Assembly (NCBI GenBank): GCA_963828525.1
Contig: CAWHEP010000014.1
Span: forward strand, 128,001-192,000
Length of the DNA: 64,000 nt
Reading direction: 5' to 3'
DNA from: an uncultured Verrucomicrobiae bacterium
GTDB lineage: Bacteria; Verrucomicrobiota; Verrucomicrobiia; Chthoniobacterales; Chthoniobacteraceae
Below the pieces are notes generated by a model, which was not told where the DNA came from, searched no databases, and saw only the letters and a list, made by a program, of their open reading frames with translations. Positions 22,384 to 33,326 of the stretch are shown here, piece after piece. Position numbers and translations under genes: made by a program. Numbering within the stretch: position 1 is the stretch's first letter; each line of letters begins with the position of its first letter.

Positions 22384-22582
22384 TACGGATGAACCGCGCC
22401 TTGTGCTTAGAAACGGCAGAAACTGACAAAGCATAGTTAGGCTTGCCCGGCTCGGGAGGAACTGGCAGGCTGCCATCCATGCGGATGGCGTTCTATCCGT
22501 TTTCTCTCCCTGTGGCAAGTCGGATTAGACCGCCAAAATGGCGAAAACAATGCGCCAAGTTGCGGTCCACTACTTGTTAGGC
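22384..22582 (+). other. Non-cassette insert with two attI-like core sites (GTTAGGC at 22436 and 22576) and a possible intI 5' stub on the minus strand
   Basis: Neither GTTAGGC is preceded by an attC palindrome; minus-strand TTGCCA-N17-TAGAAC sits just upstream of ATG 22480 (MDGSLPVPPEPGKP). Confidence 0.5.
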
Positions 22583-22595
22583 GGATTTGCGATTT

Positions 22596-22832
22596 ATGGA
22601 AACATCATCCCAAAAGCAGAAGTTAGTTACAATTTACCTGGATAATTTGGCCTACGCGAAGGGCAAGGTTTTAGTCGGCAGTTTCGGCGATAAGCACGGT
22701 TTGATTGAGGAGCATTTGGAAAGTTATCTGTCAGATGGCTGGAGAGTTGCAGCAATCCACGGTTTTGGCGGCAACTCGGATGCCTTGAGTGTTCGCGGTT
22801 GGATTACTGTTTTGCTTGAAAAATCCGCCTAA
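22596..22832 (+). CDS. Cassette: small hypothetical protein (DUF4177-like)
   Basis: 78 aa; ...EEHLESYLSDGWRV...VLLEK; TAA lies within GCCTAAC; 13-bp complementary cassette ends GTTAGGCGGATTT/AAATCCGCCTAAC. Confidence 0.75.
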   Translation: METSSQKQKLVTIYLDNLAYAKGKVLVGSFGDKHGLIEEHLESYLSDGWRVAAIHGFGGNSDALSVRGWITVLLEKSA

Positions 22833-22919
22833 CAAATCGCTGCAGCGAACCCGGCTGGAGCGTCGCAGTTCCAATTCACACGTCTCGCGAGCCGGGTCGC
22901 TGAGCTTTTGTCGTTAGGT
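22827..22919 (+). repeat. attC 4
   Basis: GCCTAAC-aaatcgc-TGCAGC-gaacccggct...agccgggtc-GCTGAG...GTTAGGT. Confidence 0.9.
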
Positions 22920-22930
22920 GCTTTCCCGCC

Positions 22931-23249
22931 ATGCCTGTCCTCGCCTGCAAGCGTGTCATTTTCTACTCGCCCGCCGATGAGGCTGTCTTCTTCGCTTTCG
23001 CCGAGCGCATCACCGCCGTTCGCCGCGTACAGGGTGTCGGCGACAGCATTCTCCTCCACGTTACCGCCCGTCCATCCGCGACCGCGTTGCGCGATCTCTT
23101 GGCGTTGTTCCACCGCTACCGCATCCGGGGCATGTCCCAGTTTGCCACCTTGTCACCCCAGCCAACGCCGGTGGTTTACCGATTCGTCTGCTTACTGGCA
23201 TCGCCGTGTTTTTGCCCGTCCTCTTTCCACCTCCACGCCCAGCACCTAA
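22931..23249 (+). CDS. Cassette: hypothetical protein, frameshifted at about 23150-23170
   Basis: MPVLACKRVIFYSPADEAVFF...LRDLLALFHRY then WFTDSSAYWHRRVF with stop in ACCTAAC; ends GTTAGGTGCT/AGCACCTAAC. Confidence 0.7.
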
Positions 23250-23341
23250 CCACGCGCTCCAGCGAACAGAGGCTGGGGTCTGTTCCGTGGCAGCGTCCTT
23301 CTTCGCCAGCCTCCGTCGCTGAGCTTGGGTCCGTTTTAGGC
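23244..23341 (+). repeat. attC 5
   Basis: ACCTAAC-cacgcgc-TCCAGC-gaacagaggctgg...ccagcctccgtc-GCTGAG...GTT(TT)AGGC. Confidence 0.88.
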
Positions 23342-23376
23342 CGCTGGGCCAATCATCCAACCATAGGTCGAATTCC

Positions 23377-23733
23377 ATGACGATTGAAGACTGTTATAGG
23401 AAGTATGGAGAGCCGCTTTACGTCGGTTCCAAACATTTAGTGTGGAAAGACACGGAGCGGAACAGTGCCTTCAAAGCGACACGCCCAGGCTACCTTACCG
23501 ACGGAACTATCATCTTTACTTCCCAGCCATGGCAGGAGCCAGCCGACGCCTCTTCGCCTCACCCTTCCACTGCGGAAATGACCGAGTGCTTGCAGAGTTT
23601 TGGGTTTTCGCAAGTGAACCTGAACGATTGGCAGCGTGTAGACGGGACCGTAGCTAGGGATGTAAAGCCCGGCGACTTTGTTAAGACGAAAGATGGCGTT
23701 GTTCCCATTGACGTTTGCCTCGAAAAGCCATGA
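23377..23733 (+). CDS. Cassette: short protein with polyvalent-kinase-like motifs
   Basis: GSKHLV, KATRPG, SQPW, PSTAEM...FGF, DVKPGDF, PID. Confidence 0.65.
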   Translation: MTIEDCYRKYGEPLYVGSKHLVWKDTERNSAFKATRPGYLTDGTIIFTSQPWQEPADASSPHPSTAEMTECLQSFGFSQVNLNDWQRVDGTVARDVKPGDFVKTKDGVVPIDVCLEKP

Positions 23734-23740
23734 CGACGTG

Positions 23741-23899
23741 GCCTAACCATGTGTTGGCGAAACGCCCCCCGTTTCACGGGAGCTGCTGTTCTGGCTTGTG
23801 CCTGTTTCTTCTGGTTGTGGCCCTATCCTGCGTCCGTAGCCTCTTTCTGCGCTCTACCTCCGCAGCTACCACGCGTCGCTGAGCTTCGGGTCGTTAGGC
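23741..23899 (+). repeat. attC 6 (long, 159 bp)
   Basis: GCCTAAC...cacgggagctgc...gcagctaccacgcgtc-GCTGAG...GTTAGGC. Confidence 0.8.
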
Positions 23900-23957
23900 C
23901 CTCGCTACCCGGGTTTGACCTTGGATGTGCAAGTCAAATCAGATACCGCTGAATGGT

Positions 23958-24323
23958 ATGAACACGCTTCCCCCAGCAACAAACACGCAATCCCGCGGCC
24001 AGATCTACGTCCAAGCCGCTCTTTTTTCGCTGCCTGCCCTATTCTTCTGGGTGGCGGCTCGGGTATTTCTCCTGCCGAAGCTGGAGTATGACTGGCAGCG
24101 TTCATGCGCTGTGTCTTCGCATGCGCAATGGATTATGGGCATCGTTCAGACGTTTATCCATCACGGCGATATCCTTCTACTCGCGCTCGCCGGAGTGCTG
24201 CTTATGCTGGAGATGCGATTTGCCATCTACCGGCGCATCACTATCGGAACGACCGTCTTCGTCATCAATTCCGCGGTTCTCCTCGGGCTGATTTCGATGT
24301 GTGTGGCGGCGCTCATTAAGTGA
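23958..24323 (+). CDS. Cassette: membrane protein with about three TM segments
   Basis: Three hydrophobic stretches; bounded by attC6 and attC7. Confidence 0.7.
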   Translation: MNTLPPATNTQSRGQIYVQAALFSLPALFFWVAARVFLLPKLEYDWQRSCAVSSHAQWIMGIVQTFIHHGDILLLALAGVLLMLEMRFAIYRRITIGTTVFVINSAVLLGLISMCVAALIK

Positions 24324-24336
24324 CTTCAGCCACCAG

Positions 24337-24438
24337 GATTAACAGCGCGTTTCAGCGAGCAGCTCATGGCAGTCAGGTTTCCCATGTATTCCATGCCCAC
24401 CCCGGCCTGAGCCGTCGCTGAGCTTGGGTCCGTTAGGC
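24337..24438 (+). repeat. attC 7
   Basis: GATTAAC-agcgcgt-TTCAGC-gagcagctca...tgagccgtc-GCTGAG...GTTAGGC. Confidence 0.82.
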
Positions 24439-24456
24439 GAATTTGCCCACCCTGCG

Positions 24457-24948
24457 ATGCAACTGACCATCCAGCCAGCCACTTTGGATGATTGTGAATG
24501 CGTCTCCGACATCCTCTTGGAGGCTGCGTCTTGGTTGACGCAGCACGGCAATCCTATGTGGCGAGAAGACGAGTTGGTTCCCAGCCGCATCCGTGAGGAT
24601 GTCGCTGCCGGGTTGTTCTTTCTCGCCGCCTCGACGTTTGAGCCGGTCGGCGCCCTCAAGTTCCAGCTCTCCGATCCGCTCTTCTGGCCCGATGTGCCCG
24701 ATGATGACGCGGCTTACGTGCATCGTCTTGCTATTCGTCGGCGCTTTGCCGGCGGCACTTTGTCTACTGCCCTGCTCCGGTGGGCAGCGGAGCGCGCGGC
24801 AGCATCGGGCTGTCGCTTCTTGCGGCTGGACTGCGAAGCGTCTCGCCCACGCTTGCGGGCCGTCTACGAGCGATTTGGCTTCCGGCACCACAGTGATCGC
24901 CAGGTTGGTCCTTACTTCGTCGCGCGCTACGAGTACCCAGTCGCCTAA
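24457..24948 (+). CDS. Cassette: GNAT family N-acetyltransferase
   Basis: YVHRLAIRRRFAGG, LRLDCEASRPRLRAVYERFGF; stop in GCCTAAC. Confidence 0.9.
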   Translation: MQLTIQPATLDDCECVSDILLEAASWLTQHGNPMWREDELVPSRIREDVAAGLFFLAASTFEPVGALKFQLSDPLFWPDVPDDDAAYVHRLAIRRRFAGGTLSTALLRWAAERAAASGCRFLRLDCEASRPRLRAVYERFGFRHHSDRQVGPYFVARYEYPVA

Positions 24949-25044
24949 CTACGCGCTACAGCGAACAGAGGCTGGCTGTGCGGCCTGTTTCGTGAATACG
25001 TCTATCTTCGCCAGCCTCCGTCGCTGAGCTTCGAGGCGTTAGGC
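24943..25044 (+). repeat. attC 8
   Basis: GCCTAAC-tacgcgc-TACAGC-gaacagaggctggc...gccagcctccgtc-GCTGAG...GTTAGGC. Confidence 0.9.
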
Positions 25045-25061
25045 GACTTACCGCCATTCCA

Positions 25062-25235
25062 ATGACCACCAAAGAACTTTTCACCGTAGGAATTCGCGCG
25101 TTCACTCACTCCTCGACATATGTTGTCGTCGGTCTGTATCTGCTTGGGGGTGCGCCGCACATCGTCAGGCTCGTTTATCCTGCGGCGAGCACGATCCAGC
25201 CTCCTCCGCCCCTGACGGACACTCCCGTTTCCTAA
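25062..25235 (+). CDS. Cassette: 57-aa small membrane protein (below the ORF-track cutoff)
   Basis: MTTKELFTVGIRAFTHSSTYVVVGLYLLGGAPHIVRLVYP...; fills the cassette exactly, TAA in R'' TCCTAAT. Confidence 0.6.
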   Translation: MTTKELFTVGIRAFTHSSTYVVVGLYLLGGAPHIVRLVYPAASTIQPPPPLTDTPVS

Positions 25236-25331
25236 TTACGCGCTCTGCGAACAGAGGCTCGCTGGTGGGCTTTACCTTACATTCCAGTCTTTTCTCACAA
25301 GCCTCTGTCGCTGAGCTTGAATCCGTTAGGC
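25230..25331 (+). repeat. attC 9
   Basis: TCCTAAT-tacgcgc...gaacagaggct...agcctctgtc-GCTGAG...GTTAGGC. Confidence 0.85.
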
Positions 25332-25349
25332 GGCTTCGCGCTGTGGTTC

Positions 25350-25378
25350 TTGCCGAGATCGGATCTATCCTTTATAAT
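25350..25378 (+). promoter_or_regulatory. Cassette-internal sigma70 promoter of the TA pair, with a palindrome in the spacer
   Basis: TTGCCG-N17-TATAAT; AGATC-G-GATCT in the spacer; ATG follows 10 nt later. Confidence 0.7.
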
Positions 25379-25388
25379 CACCCTCATT

Positions 25389-25586
25389 ATGAGCGTTCAG
25401 GAGCTTGAGATTGCCGTGGCCCGACTTCCTCGAGAGGATTTTGCTCATTTTCAGGCGTGGTTCGAGGAGTTTGCTGCCGATGCATGGGACACGCAGATCG
25501 AGGCGGATGCTCGTGCTGGTAAGCTTGACCACCTCATCGCGCAGGCCGACGCCGATTTCGAGGCCGGCCGCTGCACGCCGATGTGA
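25389..25586 (+). CDS. Cassette: type II antitoxin
   Basis: MSVQELEIAVARLP...WDTQIEADARAGKLDHL...ADFEAGRC; stop overlaps toxin start. Confidence 0.8.
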   Translation: MSVQELEIAVARLPREDFAHFQAWFEEFAADAWDTQIEADARAGKLDHLIAQADADFEAGRCTPM

Positions 25587-25853
25587 GGCATTTCGCCGCG
25601 CCAGCTTTCTGGTTTCACTACCGGCAGCTTCCCGAGGCTATCCGCGCGCTTGCCGACAAGAACTTTGGTCTTTTGTCCCGCGCACCCGCATCTTGGTTCC
25701 TTGCGCTTCCGGCCGGTCGGAGGTCCGCTTTGGTCAGTTCGTGTAGGGCTGCATTATCGAGCCTTGGCGCGCCAGCGGGTAGAAGGCTTTGTTTGGGCGT
25801 GGATCGGTCATCATTCCGCGTACGACAAGATTCTACGCTCACCACCGAAATAG
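25583..25853 (+). CDS. Cassette: ParE/RelE-like toxin, frameshift at about 25675
   Basis: MRHFAAPAFWFHYRQLP...ADKNFGLL then SLRFRPVGGPLWSVRVGLHYRAL...WAWIGHHSAYDKIL. Confidence 0.8.
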
Positions 25854-25856
25854 CCG

Positions 25857-25960
25857 CGCTAACCACCCCCTCCAGCCAACAGAGGCTGGCAGTGGAGTCG
25901 ATTCCGTGGTTACGTCTTCTCAGCGCCAGCCTCTGTCACTGAGCTTGGATTCGTTTAGGC
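25857..25960 (+). repeat. attC 10
   Basis: CGCTAAC-caccccc-TCCAGC-caacagaggctggc...gccagcctctgtc-ACTGAG...GTT(T)AGGC. Confidence 0.87.
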
Positions 25961-25995
25961 GACTCTGAGCACCGTTATTGTTGTCACAATGCATC

Positions 25996-26457
25996 ATGAA
26001 AAAACTTCTCGTCAAAATTTCCCTGTGCTTCACCTCCATCTCGGCCCTGTTATTCGTTGGCTATTCCGCTGGTTTAATTGTGCAGCACCAGCGCGAGGTT
26101 CGCTTTGCGGCCGACTGCCGGTTGTACCAGCATGTTACACTACATAAATAGCGTTCGCTTGGCAGCTATGACTCCGCCCGTCGAAAGATCGAATCACAGA
26201 TTGTCTATGGCGTCCGAGGCACTCAGGACCATACGGCAGCAGAAGATATTCCTCGCCTGCTCACAGCAGGCGCGTTCGATCAGTTTTACACCGACTGGCG
26301 CGACAAAGCTTTCGCCCTTGCTGTGGGATTCCATCGTGCCCGGCCAGAAGTTGTCTTTCCTCCCGAAATGCGACAGGCGCTGGACACTTTTGTGCCTGCT
26401 AACGAACTAGTAGGAGCGGCGACAAACTATTACGCACAGTACAAGCCTCGTCAGTAG
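25996..26457 (+). pseudogene. Last cassette: 153-codon membrane-anchored ORF with an in-frame TAG at 26149
   Basis: MKKLLVKISLCF...LHK*RSLGSYDSARRKIE...YKPRQ* in one frame, ending just before GCCTAAC at 26468. Confidence 0.6.
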
Positions 26458-26502
26458 CCGCCCCGCCGCCTAACGGCGTCCTATCGCCAAATCAAGGCCG
26501 CC

Positions 26503-26910
26503 TTACAGCCCCAAATGCTGGAGCAATCCGCCGATGTTTTGCTGCACTTCATTGGTCGGGGGAATCTGACCATTCGGCGTGAGGTGGTTGATGATCTGCG
26601 GCAGGAGGACGGCAAGGGCGTTCGCCACTTCGTGATTCTGGAGACCGGCCTTCGCGGCGAGTTGCTGAATCTGGTCTGAACCCAACGCTTGCTGCACTTG
26701 AGGACCGCTGATGGGCTGATTCGGACCGTTTCCAACCCAGGATTGCGCGACATTGCCCAACCCAGATTGCTCAAATTGCTGCACCAGGCCGGCAAGGCCA
26801 TTGCCGGAGCTATGGTTTGTGACAAGGCCGATGGCGAGGTTTGCCAGCATCGCCTGGTTGGAATTGCCGCCGCCGAGGACAGAGCCAAGGATCGAATCGA
26901 GTAAACTCAT
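26503..26910 (-). CDS. YidB (DUF937) family protein
   Basis: GLAGLVQQFEQSGLG..AQSWVGNGPNQPIS, LLPQIINHLTPNG. Confidence 0.9.
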   Translation of the reverse strand: MSLLDSILGSVLGGGNSNQAMLANLAIGLVTNHSSGNGLAGLVQQFEQSGLGNVAQSWVGNGPNQPISGPQVQQALGSDQIQQLAAKAGLQNHEVANALAVLLPQIINHLTPNGQIPPTNEVQQNIGGLLQHLGL

Positions 26911-26983
26911 ATAGTATTTAAGGGGTTGGGAATGTGAGGTTTGGATTATGCGAAAAGCTTCGCGATCCGGATAGGATTATATG

Positions 26984-28124
26984 CTATTCGAGATCTTCGC
27001 TCGCGCCTTTGCGATTTACCAGGCCTCGCAGCTTGCCATGGATGAAGGGATCAATCGCGCCATCCATCACGCTTTGTATATCTGTGCTCTCAACGCCGGT
27101 GCGGTGATCTTTGATCATCTGATACGGCTGAAAGACATAGGATCGTATCTGGCTTCCCCACGCCACATCGCCTTTTTCACCGTATTGCCGCTCGATCTCG
27201 GCGCGTTTCTTGTCCACCTCGACCTGGTATAACTTGGCGGCGAGCATCTTGAGAGCCGTCTGCTTATTCTTGAGCTGGCTCCTCTCCGCCTGGCAGGCCA
27301 CGACAATGCCGCTCGGAATGTGCGTGATGCGAACCGCCGTTTCGACTTTGTTCACATTCTGGCCGCCCTTGCCGCCGCTGCGGTAGGTGTCGACGCGTAG
27401 ATCCTTGTCGTCCACTGCGATTGGCTCGTCGTCCCGGAGTTCGGGCACGACATCCACGCTGGCAAAGGAAGTGTGGCGGCGCTTGTTTGCGTCAAACGGT
27501 GAGATGCGCACCAGTCGATGCACGCCTCTCTCCGTCTGCAGGTAGCCATACGCGTATTCGCCGACGACCTGCAAAGTGATCGATTTGATCCCAACCTCCT
27601 CGCCGAGCTGAATGTCAACGACCTGGCTCGTAAATCCGCTCCGCTCAATCCAGCGCTGATACATGCGCAGCAGCATATCCGCCCAGTCGCACGATTCCGT
27701 GCCGCCAGCTCCCGAGTGGATGGTGAGGAAGCCGTTCGCGCGGTCGTGCTCTCCCGCAAGGAGGAGGCGCAGTTCGAAATCTTCGAGGCTTTTCACGGTC
27801 GCCCCATACTCAGCCTGCAGCTCGGTTACCGTGGACGCCTGCGCGGTGGCATCCTGTTCTTCCAGCGCGAGTTCCTTCAGCGCCTGGACGTCGTCAATCC
27901 TTCGTTCGAGCCCGAGGAGGGGAGTGATCTTGTTCCGAAGCTGGGAGACTTCCTCGACCTGTTGCTGCGCGCGCTCCTTGTTCCCCCAGAAGTCGCTGCC
28001 GGCCATAAGGCCTTCAATCTCGGTCAGGCGCGCCTGAAGTCTTGGCAGGTCAAAGATACCTCCGCAATTCACCGACGCGGAGTTTGAGATCAACTGTATT
28101 TATTGCCTGCAGGTCAATGGACAT
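26984..28124 (-). CDS. prfB: Peptide chain release factor 2 with programmed +1 frameshift
   Basis: True start ATG 28124 (MSIDLQAINTVDLKLRVGELRRYL), GGAGG-TAT-CTT-TGA-C shift site, SPF and GGQ motifs. Confidence 0.97.
28049..28063 (-). promoter_or_regulatory. RF2 autoregulatory frameshift signal
   Basis: Internal Shine-Dalgarno GGAGG directly before TAT CTT TGA C. Confidence 0.92.
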
Positions 28125-28142
28125 AAATATTCAACGCGACGC

Positions 28143-28508
28143 TTAGCGCGCCATCTGGAATTCCGTTTTGTCGGGCTGTTGTGGCTCGATGCGGTAGATC
28201 GTCTCGCCGGGCTTCATCATATCCAGCCGATCCCGGGCGAGCGTCTCCATGTAGCCCGGGTCATGCTGAAGCAAATCCACTTCGCGTGTCCGACGCGTGA
28301 GAAGCGACTTCTGTTTATCGATATCGAGCTTCAGTTGATCCAGACGCGCTGTCTCCTCACGCTCCCGCTTGAGTTCCGGGATGAACGCGCCGATGATGAG
28401 CGCGACGACCGCGACGAGGATCAATGCCTTTACGAGCCGGTTAAGGTAGCTCCAGACTCCTTCTTCTGGTTGCCGATCCTTGAAAGCGCCGTAAGTCGAT
28501 TCACTCAC
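28143..28508 (-). CDS. Septum formation initiator (FtsB/DivIC family)
   Basis: TM helix, coiled coil, DPGYMETLARDRLDMMKPGE; follows eno. Confidence 0.85.
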   Translation of the reverse strand: MSESTYGAFKDRQPEEGVWSYLNRLVKALILVAVVALIIGAFIPELKREREETARLDQLKLDIDKQKSLLTRRTREVDLLQHDPGYMETLARDRLDMMKPGETIYRIEPQQPDKTEFQMAR

Positions 28509-31751
<3,243 letters not shown>

Positions 31752-31939
31752 AGGGAGGGAAAGAGTAAAAGAGCTTTGCTCCCGTGGCGAATGAAATCTG
31801 CGATTCAGCGGCCATTGGGATGCTTCATGCGCCCTGTTCAGTCGGAGTTGACGCGAGCCCCAGCCGCGATTTTTCGCGCGCGCTGCAGAAGTTTGGACTT
31901 CAACCCCTTGAGCTGAAATCTGAAAGAACGAGGTTTTAC

Positions 31940-32413
31940 TTACTTCCGGCGAGCGGGCTTCGCGGTCGCCGCTTTCCCTACACCCCGGGCGGCTACGCGA
32001 CTTCCGCCGCTGGCTACGCGCGCTTTTTTAGGCTTGATGAGCGACCGCAGGAACGTTTCTTCGGGCTTTTCAGCGGGCGCGATAGTGACCAGAGGCTTGG
32101 CCTTCACGACCGGAGCCAGCTCATCCGTGCGATTCTTCAACTCGCGCAGGATGTCGCGAGGGTTTACACCGGAATCGCGGATTTGCCCGAACATCTCAAG
32201 AATGTTGGTGAAACACTCCCGATCCACCTGACCTGAAACCCCGTCTTCAAGGCAGATCGTTACGTATTTCAGGGCGTATCGCTCATTTTCAGGCAGGTGC
32301 TTCCTGATCTCGCTAATTGTGTGGCTGTCCAAAAGTTCACGAGTCGCGATGACCGTGTTTGTCCTGGGGTGTGAATAGACGTTGGACAGGTATTCGAGGG
32401 TCAGATTCTCCAT
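31940..32413 (-). CDS. Hypothetical protein with basic C-terminal tail
   Basis: Open frame co-oriented with neighbours; no recognisable motif. Confidence 0.6.
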   Translation of the reverse strand: MENLTLEYLSNVYSHPRTNTVIATRELLDSHTISEIRKHLPENERYALKYVTICLEDGVSGQVDRECFTNILEMFGQIRDSGVNPRDILRELKNRTDELAPVVKAKPLVTIAPAEKPEETFLRSLIKPKKARVASGGSRVAARGVGKAATAKPARRK

Positions 32414-32494
32414 GATGCGATTTCTTTCAGGTAGATGAGACAACGCGTCCCCTTCGACGTTCAACCGGCTTTCGAGAACCTCGAACCCTCTATC

Positions 32495-33292
32495 CTACAT
32501 ATCATTATCATGGAAGGGTTCGTTGAACCGCGAGATGGATGTCGCTCTTCCGCTTGCCTCGTCGATCTCGATCAACGCTCCCCGCATCCGGACCAGGCCG
32601 CGCGCGACGGGAAACTGAACAGGCAAGTTCGTGATGAACCGGGCGATGATCGGCTCGATCTCACGGCCAAGGACGGACTCGACCGGGCCGCACATGCCCG
32701 CGTCGCACAGGAAAGCGGTACCTCCAGGGAAAATCGACTCATCCGCCGTCTGCACGTGGGTGTGAGTGCCGACGACCGCGGAAACTTTGCCGTCGAGGAA
32801 ACGGCCCAATGCAATCTTTTCACTCGTCGTTTCACAATGCACGTCCACGAAGATAACCTTTGTCTCCTCGCGCATTCGCGCGATCTCCTCCTCCATCACA
32901 CGGAACGGATTTTCCAGGATCGGGAGCATGAAAGTCCGTCCCTGGACATTTACGACTCCGACTTTTCCTTTGAGGGTATCCAATATCACCGAGCCTTGCC
33001 CGGGTGAACCAGCTGGATAGTTGATCGGCCTTAGAAGGCGCGGCTCGGTGTCTATATAGGGAATGATTTCTTTCTGATCCCAGATATGGTCTCCCGTGGT
33101 CACAACGGAGACTCCGGCGCGCAGCAGGTCGATCGTTATTTTTGGCGTAATCCCGCGTCCAGCGGCCGCGTTCTCCCCGTTCACAATCACGAAGTCGATG
33201 TCCCGCTCTTTTTTGAACCGGTGAACGGAACCAATGACAGCTCTGCGTCCCGGCTCACCCGTCACGTCACCGAGGAAAAGAATCTTTAACAT
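32495..33292 (-). CDS. YmdB-family metallophosphoesterase (TIGR00282)
   Basis: LFLGDVTG, NGENAAAG, TGDHIWD, DVHCETTSEK, GTHTHV. Confidence 0.93.
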   Translation of the reverse strand: MLKILFLGDVTGEPGRRAVIGSVHRFKKERDIDFVIVNGENAAAGRGITPKITIDLLRAGVSVVTTGDHIWDQKEIIPYIDTEPRLLRPINYPAGSPGQGSVILDTLKGKVGVVNVQGRTFMLPILENPFRVMEEEIARMREETKVIFVDVHCETTSEKIALGRFLDGKVSAVVGTHTHVQTADESIFPGGTAFLCDAGMCGPVESVLGREIEPIIARFITNLPVQFPVARGLVRMRGALIEIDEASGRATSISRFNEPFHDNDM

Positions 33293-33326
33293 GGCTGGTA
33301 TCTATAGGAAGGCGGAAGGTCGAACA

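Larger units (their letters stand above)
20946..26474 (+). mobile_element. Integron gene-cassette array with no adjacent intact integrase (CALIN-like)
   Basis: Ten related, roughly 93-159 bp imperfect palindromes RYYYAAC...GTTRRRY between co-oriented short ORFs; several stop codons lie inside R''; cassette ends are complementary. Confidence 0.92.

Noticed and set aside
22376..22395. TGTTC...GAACC as a LexA box in the attI-like region
   Set aside because: Spacer is 10 nt rather than 4, and the left half is formed by the attC3 junction
21133..25960. Repeats read as a CRISPR array
   Set aside because: Units are about 100 bp imperfect palindromes separated by gene-sized ORFs, with no cas genes; they fit attC sites
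20872..26503. tRNA-integrated island with an attL/attR direct repeat
   Set aside because: No copy of the tRNA 3' end (CCCCGTAGACTCC) was seen by eye at the far end of the array
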